Positions 57,206 to 64,000 of a stretch of 64,000 nucleotides of DNA are shown piece after piece. The first letter of the stretch is position 1; each line of letters starts with the position of its first letter. Source of the DNA: Ignavibacteriota bacterium. GTDB lineage: Bacteria; Bacteroidota; Ignavibacteria; Palsa-1295. The stretch is taken from NCBI GenBank assembly GCA_963787835.1, contig CAWBEI010000002.1, forward strand, positions 1,216,001 to 1,280,000, read 5' to 3'. The position numbers were made by a program, and so were the translations under genes. The notes under the pieces were generated by a model. That model saw only the letters and a list, made by a program, of their open reading frames with translations, was not told where the DNA came from and ran no database searches.

Positions 57206-57793
57206 TTATTCTATCTTCGTTACTGGATGGATCTCCCGGTAATTCTTTGCATGTCCATCCTGCCCGTGGTTGAAATCCTGGAATAGAACCCCGGTGATGG
57301 TTGCTGCTTTATTCACATTCTTGAAATCCGTCGAAGGTGTTCCCAAATTAGTGATTATCCACTGTGAAGCAGCATCGAATTGTCCGGCATAGGCTGATGC
57401 TGCCACTTCCGCGCAATCGGTGCTGGGAATTTCGGCGATCATCGAATCGTGGGTATCATCGACGATGATAAGATGGATGTCCTTGTCGTCCTCACGTACA
57501 AAAGCAGCGATGGTGCAGGATACGCTGACCGCTTGTTCCTCGAACGCCAAGCGAGTGGTATCTTCGCTCACGATAAGTTCAGGGAATGCGTTTTGCTGTG
57601 CAACGGTGGTGGTAACGGGTGTCCAATTAATAGAGGAAACAGCGGGATCGGTCAGGATCTTCACATGCCACCGCTCAATGCCGCATTCGGGTTCGGAGGA
57701 GGAACTTGGCGTATTACTTGATTTTGAGCAACCAGCTACCAATCCTGCAAAAAGCAGACACCATCCGATTCCTAAGGGACTTTTCTTATGCAT
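57206..57793 (-). CDS. Hypothetical lipoprotein
   Basis: Lipobox VAGC; CGIERWHVK, EDDKDIH, EIHP. Confidence 0.7.
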   Translation of the reverse strand: MHKKSPLGIGWCLLFAGLVAGCSKSSNTPSSSSEPECGIERWHVKILTDPAVSSINWTPVTTTVAQQNAFPELIVSEDTTRLAFEEQAVSVSCTIAAFVREDDKDIHLIIVDDTHDSMIAEIPSTDCAEVAASAYAGQFDAASQWIITNLGTPSTDFKNVNKAATITGVLFQDFNHGQDGHAKNYREIHPVTKIE

Positions 57794-57965
57794 TTAGTTA
57801 GTACAAAAATAAGGGACAATTACTACTTGCCCGCAATTTCAGCATATTCTTCTTCTCAAGCAAAATAACTAATTATGAGACGAGAATTTCTTCTTTTATG
57901 TTAAGGAGTTTCATCCACGTCAGCACTGTTTTCATTTTTTTGGTTTTATCGTGTAGTTATCCCCG

Positions 57966-59318
57966 ATGTCCTTAATACTTTTGGTTGACGACGAAGCCGC
58001 CGCGCGCAGCAACTACAAGACCATTTTGGAGCATTATGGCCATGAAGTGTTGCTGGCTTCAAACGTTGACGATGCGAAAAAGCTGATCGGGGATAATCGC
58101 GGTATTGATCTTATCATTACCGATATGCGTATGGGAAGTAAAAGCGGCCTCGACATGCTTCGCGAAGCCCGCCAGTTGACACCGGAATCCGAAGTGATCG
58201 TGCTCACCGCTCATGCGGAACTTGAAAATGCCGTGGAAGCGATGAAGCTCGGTGCAGCAGATTATCTTACGAAAGATACTGACTATAAAGAGATCGTGCT
58301 CGTTGTAGAAAAGGCGCTCGAAAAACGCGCGCTGAAACGAGAGATCGATCGGCTTCGAAAACAGACGCGCGAAGAATATGCTTTCGGACGCATTGTTGGA
58401 AAAAGCCCTGCGATCATGCAATTGCATGACGTGCTGCGCCGAGTTGCTCCAACCGATACGCGTGTGCTGATCACGGGGGAATCCGGAACCGGTAAGGAAT
58501 TAGTCGCAGAAATGCTTCACGCAAATAATCCGCGCAGCAGCGGCCCCTTTATTGCTATTAATTGCGGCGCCATCCCACGCGATCTTCAGGAAAGCGAATT
58601 GTTCGGATACGTTCGTGGTGCGTTCACCGGTGCTGATCGCGATAAAGCAGGTCTTCTCGAAACCGCAGACCGGGGAACGGTATTCTTAGATGAGGTTGGT
58701 GAGATGTCGCCGGAGACACAAGTAAAGTTACTACGATTTCTCGAAAAAGGGGAGATGATTCCCGTTGGTAGTGGGCGCGCTCGTTCGGTGAGCGTTCGTG
58801 TTATTGCGGCGACGAACCGCGATCTTAGCGAGGCGATTAGAAGCCATACATTCCGTGAAGATCTCTATTACCGGCTGAAAGTGGTGTTAATCCATATCCC
58901 TCCACTTCGAGATCGTAAAGAAGATATTCCATTACTCGCGCAGAATTTGCTTGAAGAACTTGCGCGAAAGATCGGAAGTAAAGTTCACACCATTTCTACC
59001 GAGGCGCTCGAAGCGCTTACGGAGTACGATTGGCCGGGAAATGTTCGCGAGCTGAAAAATGTGATCGAACGCGCGCTTATTTTTGCCGATGATGGCATCG
59101 TGGATCTCGAGCATCTGCCTGAAGAATTATTTAAGCGGCATCTTGCGCATGTTGCCGATCAAGAGCCGAATGAAATTGCGCCATTGGACGAGATCGAGAA
59201 GAAATACATCCTCGAAGTGCTGGAACGTCTTGGCGGGAATAAACTTCTTACTGCGCGGCAACTGAACATTGCAACAACAACACTTTATCGTAAGCTTCGG
59301 ATGTATGGGATCGAATGA
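57966..59318 (+). CDS. Sigma54-dependent response regulator (NtrC family)
   Basis: REC, GESGTGKE, ESELFG..GAFTGA, FLDEVGE, WPGNVREL, Fis-type HTH. Confidence 0.95.
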   Translation: MSLILLVDDEAAARSNYKTILEHYGHEVLLASNVDDAKKLIGDNRGIDLIITDMRMGSKSGLDMLREARQLTPESEVIVLTAHAELENAVEAMKLGAADYLTKDTDYKEIVLVVEKALEKRALKREIDRLRKQTREEYAFGRIVGKSPAIMQLHDVLRRVAPTDTRVLITGESGTGKELVAEMLHANNPRSSGPFIAINCGAIPRDLQESELFGYVRGAFTGADRDKAGLLETADRGTVFLDEVGEMSPETQVKLLRFLEKGEMIPVGSGRARSVSVRVIAATNRDLSEAIRSHTFREDLYYRLKVVLIHIPPLRDRKEDIPLLAQNLLEELARKIGSKVHTISTEALEALTEYDWPGNVRELKNVIERALIFADDGIVDLEHLPEELFKRHLAHVADQEPNEIAPLDEIEKKYILEVLERLGGNKLLTARQLNIATTTLYRKLRMYGIE

Positions 59319-59321
59319 TCC

Positions 59322-61052
59322 CTAAAACACTTTGCCTGTAATCATTTGTAGGTGCTCAAGTATCGGTCCGATTGCTAACGCGGGAAAATACGTCAGTCCT
59401 CCAACGATAAAGATCACTGCAATAAGCAGACCTCCGAACAGAAGATTGTTCGTTTGAAACGTGAATTTAGATGGAGGCGCGGAAGGTTTTTCAGCAAGCG
59501 AACCAGCCATGGCAAGCATTGCGATCATTGTCGTAAAACGTCCGACAAGCATCGCGATGCCGGTCGTGATATTCCAGAATGTCGTGTTTACTTGCAATCC
59601 CGCCATGATCGAGCCATTATTTGAGGTGGTTGAAGTGAAGGCATAGATAAGTTCCGTAAGTCCATGCGTACCTTTATTTCCGATACTATTCAGCATTTCT
59701 GGCGACACCGCTGCCCATGCGGAAAATCCCAAAATGCAGAAGGTGGTCGGGAGCAGTGCGAGCATGGCAAGTTTCATTTCGCGCGATTGAATTTTCTTTC
59801 CCAGATATTCCGGTGTGCGGCCTATCATGAGCCCGGCAATGAACACGGTTATCACCACGAGCAAAAGCATTCCATGCAGACCGGAGCCAACGCCACCAAA
59901 GATGATTTCTCCTAACATCATATTGACGAGCGCGATCATCCCGCCGAGTGGCGTGAAGCTATCGAGCGATGCGTTCGTTGCGCCATCAGAAACATCCGTG
60001 GTGACGGTTTCATACAGTGCGGAATTTGCGATTCCAAAGCGAACATCTTTGCCTTCCATGTTCCCGCCCGTTTGGGTTCCAGATGAGTGCAGAATGATAC
60101 GATGACTCTTGAGGGAAGGATCACCATTCTGCTCTGCCGCATACATTCCAAGAAAGCCTGCAAAGAACAGGAAACTCATCACGCCGAATAGCACCCATCC
60201 TTGTTTTTGGTCCTTTACCATTCGTCCGAAGCAATACGTAATGCCGGCTGGAATGATAAGCAGGCAGAACATTTGAAGAAAGTTAACAAGCGCACTTGGG
60301 TTCTCAAATGGATGTGCAGAATTGGCATTGAAAAACCCTCCGCCGTCCGAGGCGCTTAATAATTTTATTATCTCTTCGCTTGCAACTGGCCCCATCGGCA
60401 AAATTTGCCGCGCGCCTTCCATCGTGGTGGTATTGACGTAAGGGGATAAATTTTGAATGACACCAAGTGCCACAAACACTAGGCTTCCCACAATGCTCAT
60501 TGGGATCAAAACATAAAGACAAGACCGCACCATGTCCACCCAAAAATTCCCAATGCCCTGCACTCTCGATCCAGCAAACCCGCGAATAATTGCGATTGCT
60601 ACGGCAAGTCCCGCAGCAGCCGAAAGAAAATCCTGAACTGCAATGCCCACCATATCGGTAAAATAGCTCATTGTTGATTCCCCGTGGTAGGCTTGCCAGC
60701 TTGTTCCGGTCACGAAACTTGAGGAAGTATTAAATGAAAGATCGGGCGCCACCGCAGGAAATCCCATTGGGTTCCATGGAAGAAGGTGTTGAAATCGCAT
60801 GATCCCATAAAGTAGCAACGAACCTGCGAGACTGAAAAAAATGAGCGATAGCGTGTAGCTCTGCCAGGGCATTTCTTCTGCTGCATTAACTCGACATACT
60901 TGGTAGATAAAAAGCTCAGTAGGTGAAAGTATTGGATCGAGGAAGGTATGTTCTTTAGAAAACACGCGCGCAAGATATGTGCCGAGTGGTTTTGTCAGCG
61001 CGAAAATGGCTGCAAGGAGAATGAATCCCTGAAGAATACCGATCGTGGTCAT
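59322..61052 (-). CDS. kdpA: Potassium-transporting ATPase subunit A homologue (divergent)
   Basis: GNFWVD, GGGFFNANSAHPFENP, GNMEGKDVRFG, GRTPEYLGKKI, NNGS, LAIGPI. Confidence 0.92.
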   Translation of the reverse strand: MTTIGILQGFILLAAIFALTKPLGTYLARVFSKEHTFLDPILSPTELFIYQVCRVNAAEEMPWQSYTLSLIFFSLAGSLLLYGIMRFQHLLPWNPMGFPAVAPDLSFNTSSSFVTGTSWQAYHGESTMSYFTDMVGIAVQDFLSAAAGLAVAIAIIRGFAGSRVQGIGNFWVDMVRSCLYVLIPMSIVGSLVFVALGVIQNLSPYVNTTTMEGARQILPMGPVASEEIIKLLSASDGGGFFNANSAHPFENPSALVNFLQMFCLLIIPAGITYCFGRMVKDQKQGWVLFGVMSFLFFAGFLGMYAAEQNGDPSLKSHRIILHSSGTQTGGNMEGKDVRFGIANSALYETVTTDVSDGATNASLDSFTPLGGMIALVNMMLGEIIFGGVGSGLHGMLLLVVITVFIAGLMIGRTPEYLGKKIQSREMKLAMLALLPTTFCILGFSAWAAVSPEMLNSIGNKGTHGLTELIYAFTSTTSNNGSIMAGLQVNTTFWNITTGIAMLVGRFTTMIAMLAMAGSLAEKPSAPPSKFTFQTNNLLFGGLLIAVIFIVGGLTYFPALAIGPILEHLQMITGKVF

Positions 61053-61094
61053 TGCAAATTCAAAATAAGAGTCAATGCAGTCAAAGAGGATATC

Positions 61095-62423
61095 TTAATT
61101 CCAAAAATCTTGGTCCATGTTTAGTGCTTCGCGCGCACGTTGCACGGCACGTTCGATGTCATTGCGGTCGAGCGCAACAATGTCAGCCATTTCGGTATCG
61201 CGGATGGCCCGCGCTTGTTCCGCTAACATCTGCTTCGCCGGAACTGGCATACGCGGCGCCAGACGTCGTATCACATCGAGCTGGTGTATCAGCACAGCCG
61301 GATTTTGCGCTCCTGCCTGCCGGATCAGATCGAATGCGTGCTTGACCAATCGTTCAAGACGTATCGCCGGCATCCACACGCGCAGTTCGCCACGAAGATC
61401 GTACCAATTGCCTTCGAGAGGCGGCTTCTCTGCAAGTGAGATAAGAACGTCAGCCAGCCAATCAACGCAGGCCAAGCCGGTAAATGTATCATTTACAGCT
61501 GGGCTGAGTGCGCGAATCGCGATCTCGACGATCTGCGCAACTCCGAATTCGCTATCCTGTGTCAGTGTACGGTGATTACCGAGCTTTATGCTGCGACGGA
61601 TGATGGCGTCGAGCAGCGTCACGCATTCCTTCGGATAAACCGCAGCAATCGCTTCGCCGCGAAGCACGAACTGACCGGGACGAAAGCGCAATATTACTTT
61701 TGCACCGGCATTCCCCGCTGCAAGAACAAGCGCTTCGTGGTCAATGTATTGAAGATACCCACTAAGCAGGGATGTTACTACTGCACCATGCGCAGCTTCT
61801 TCCAAAATTTTGGCATCATCTGGTGCAGGTCCGGTTCCCTCAGAAGGCCCGCGTTCCAGTGCTCCGGCTGCGGAAGGATAGACATCTTCAGCAACATGTG
61901 CAACGAGGTCGGGATTCTGTATCGAAGTTGCGATCCTATGACTATAATAAACGAGAAACCCGAAGCTGATGACCACGAGCACCCAGCTTGTGATAAGAGA
62001 AATTTGTGGAATGAAGACGGAAGTTGCGGTCTGGTGCGTAACTAAGAACACCAGTGAGATATAAACGAACGTGGCCATGAAAATGCCGATCGTCATCTGG
62101 GTAACTTTATCTTGCAGGAAGCGATAAAGCAACCGAGGACCGAACAGCGTGGCGACCATCGAAAGCACGAGCAACGCCACGGAGAAGATAAGTGCAAGCA
62201 CGGTCGCAACAGCTCCCATTGTTGCGCTAAGTATGGCGCGCGCATCATCGATACTGCCCATCGTGAGCCACGACGGGATATGAATGATCCCGTATTTGTC
62301 GAGAATATCGGGAATTAAAGTCAAACAGAACAGCGCAACGGAGGCAAGCGAAAGCAATAGCGGAATTCGCCACAAGTTGATATCCCGCTGGGAGCGAAGC
62401 TTGGAATAGGGAGATGCTATCAT
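61095..62423 (-). CDS. DUF2254 family membrane protein
   Basis: FGPRLL, SGYLQYID, RPGQFV, EIAIRALSPAVNDTFTG. Confidence 0.85.
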   Translation of the reverse strand: MIASPYSKLRSQRDINLWRIPLLLSLASVALFCLTLIPDILDKYGIIHIPSWLTMGSIDDARAILSATMGAVATVLALIFSVALLVLSMVATLFGPRLLYRFLQDKVTQMTIGIFMATFVYISLVFLVTHQTATSVFIPQISLITSWVLVVISFGFLVYYSHRIATSIQNPDLVAHVAEDVYPSAAGALERGPSEGTGPAPDDAKILEEAAHGAVVTSLLSGYLQYIDHEALVLAAGNAGAKVILRFRPGQFVLRGEAIAAVYPKECVTLLDAIIRRSIKLGNHRTLTQDSEFGVAQIVEIAIRALSPAVNDTFTGLACVDWLADVLISLAEKPPLEGNWYDLRGELRVWMPAIRLERLVKHAFDLIRQAGAQNPAVLIHQLDVIRRLAPRMPVPAKQMLAEQARAIRDTEMADIVALDRNDIERAVQRAREALNMDQDFWN

Positions 62424-62496
62424 CTAAAATAAGGTATAGTGAATATGATCTTATAGCATTTCAAGGTTCTCGGTGTCGAATAATTGTTAAATCTTG

Positions 62497-62512
62497 GGCA
62501 ATAATTGCGCCA
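62497..62512 (-). promoter_or_regulatory. Putative sigma54 promoter (DUF2254-kdpA direction)
   Basis: Minus strand TGGCGC-AATTA-TTGCC fits -24/-12 spacing. Confidence 0.55.
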
Positions 62513-62678
62513 ACGTCCAGCAAGGAGTTTTGCAATCTCCGCAATCAAAAATAGCAATGTCGGCGGCATCTTGCATTCTGGGGTGAAAGGTAATGTTATT
62601 GCAGGTATAAGATGTTTTTACGATACCGGATAAATGCGTTTTCCGTTTATTCTCAGTGTATGGCTTTTGTCAAAATTT

Positions 62679-62719
62679 ATAGCGTTTTGCTATGGTCATG
62701 CGTAGCGTTTCGCTATGGT
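62679..62719. promoter_or_regulatory. Tandem palindromic sites, putative enhancer-binding-protein UAS
   Basis: ATAGCGTTTTGCTATGGT and GTAGCGTTTCGCTATGGT, 23 bp apart. Confidence 0.55.
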
Positions 62720-62768
62720 TCTTCAAAAGTAGAATCGTCTTATCGCTTTTCCACCTGCTTTGCGGGGA

Positions 62769-62784
62769 TGGCACGCAATTTCCT
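62769..62784 (+). promoter_or_regulatory. Putative sigma54 promoter (porin direction)
   Basis: TGGCACG-CAAT-TTCCT, one mismatch in the -12 element. Confidence 0.5.
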
Positions 62785-62815
62785 TTTACAACATAAGCAT
62801 TTCCTCGTTACCACT

Positions 62816-64000
62816 ATGAAAACCATTCTTTTATTCTTCCTTGCATTCTCACTCAGTGCTTTTTCGATGAATGTTGCTCACGCGGCAGACTTAAACAAAG
62901 CCGACAGTACAAGCCTATCGAAATCCAGTCCTGTTACTGTTCCCGTTCCTCCAGATACGGCCACAGCGGATACCGCCGCAAAACCCGAACCCTTCGCATT
63001 CGGTGATTTTACATGGTTGAACGGCAACGATCGCAGGCACACGGAATTGCTCGACTCCAAATATTTCACCGGCGAATTCCTTCTCGATGCTAATTACGAT
63101 GCATCGAATCAGCATCCCATCGATCACACGGTCATTGGGTCCACTACGCTTGCGCGTGATAATGAATTTGAAGTGAACCTCGTAGCAGCCGGTGGAGATT
63201 TCCACTATGATAATGTTATTGGACGGCTTTTGTTGCAACTCGGTACGCGCGCTACCGACGTTCCGCGTAATGATGGCAGCGTGTACCATGGCCAGTATGA
63301 TTTAGCTGATGCGTATCGTTATTTTAGCGAGGGGTATGGCGGCTATCATTTCGATGTATGGGACGGCATCAATGTAGAGGCTGGTCTTTTTATGTCGTAT
63401 ATCGGTCTGTTTTCTTACTATAATGCGGAGAACTGGACCTATCAGCCATCGTTTACGTCAGATAATACACCATGGTTCTTCAATGGCATGAGGATTCAAA
63501 CGTTCCCATCCGATAAGCTTAAGGTGGAACTTTGGGTCATTAATGGATGGCAATCCTACGCGAAATTTAATAACGCTCCCGGACTTGGATTCCAAATTCT
63601 CTGGCGACCGACCGATGCGCTTCAGGTCCTATCCAACAATTATGAAGGCTACGATACCCAGGACGAACCGGATCGTCTGCGTTTACACACGGATAATAGC
63701 GTGGAAATCAAATACTACGATCATCCTGGAAGTTTTCTGGATAAGATGGCATGCTCGCTTACGCAAGATATTGGCGAGGAGACGGGCGATGGCGTCAATG
63801 GTTTCCATTCCGATCCGGTGCTTGGCCCTGCCCAGTTCTTTATAAGTGGCATGGCGTACGATCGTTTTTGGATGGCGAACGATCATTTCGGTATGACGCT
63901 CGGTGCCGGTTACATTCATAACCCAGGCCGCTATCTTGTGCTCGCGCCAACCGGCGAGGCAAGTCCATATCCGAACCCATATAATCCTACTGCTCCAATT
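62816..64000 (+). CDS. Outer-membrane beta-barrel/porin (DUF1597-like), runs off the window end
   Basis: MKTILLFFLAFSLSAF signal; PFAFGDFTWLNG, GLFMSYIGL..YYNAENW, NTPWFFNG, INGWQSY; read manually, not in the ORF track. Confidence 0.8.
   Translation, partial: MKTILLFFLAFSLSAFSMNVAHAADLNKADSTSLSKSSPVTVPVPPDTATADTAAKPEPFAFGDFTWLNGNDRRHTELLDSKYFTGEFLLDANYDASNQHPIDHTVIGSTTLARDNEFEVNLVAAGGDFHYDNVIGRLLLQLGTRATDVPRNDGSVYHGQYDLADAYRYFSEGYGGYHFDVWDGINVEAGLFMSYIGLFSYYNAENWTYQPSFTSDNTPWFFNGMRIQTFPSDKLKVELWVINGWQSYAKFNNAPGLGFQILWRPTDALQVLSNNYEGYDTQDEPDRLRLHTDNSVEIKYYDHPGSFLDKMACSLTQDIGEETGDGVNGFHSDPVLGPAQFFISGMAYDRFWMANDHFGMTLGAGYIHNPGRYLVLAPTGEASPYPNPYNPTAPI

Overview
About 52% GC chromosomal window, probably from a Bacteroidota/Chlorobi-related lineage such as Kapabacteria or Ignavibacteria (inference from a T9SS-type C-terminal domain, DUF2851, a 47-bp type II-C-like CRISPR repeat and TAnnTTTG-like promoters). 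It opens with the end of a CRISPR array and carries housekeeping genes (pyrF, gltX, tkt, ppk2, queG, nuoABCD, plsC, lemA, pta, surE, ftsX, three tRNAs), a kamA/ATP-grasp/GNAT cluster and a divergent orphan kdpA. The strongest signal is a set of small 'one gene between two inverted repeats' elements in intergenic junctions. (1) Three short stand-alone GIY-YIG nuclease genes are each bracketed by ~60-bp structured GTCAT-ended (CGTC-REP-like) inverted repeats; three gene-less copies also occur, internal stems covary around a conserved loop, and protein subfamily tracks repeat subfamily. (2) A four-helix-bundle gene lies between inverted AATTACG heptamer arrays, with many gene-less heptamer pairs elsewhere. 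(3) Nonamer inverted repeats and GTAG-REP dimers. Also notable: a Fic gene with a probable antitoxin on the opposite strand overlapping its 3' end, and an 856-bp integrase-less islet bounded by two synonymously diverged copies of a Rieske gene 3' end. All annotation is by eye; no searches were run.
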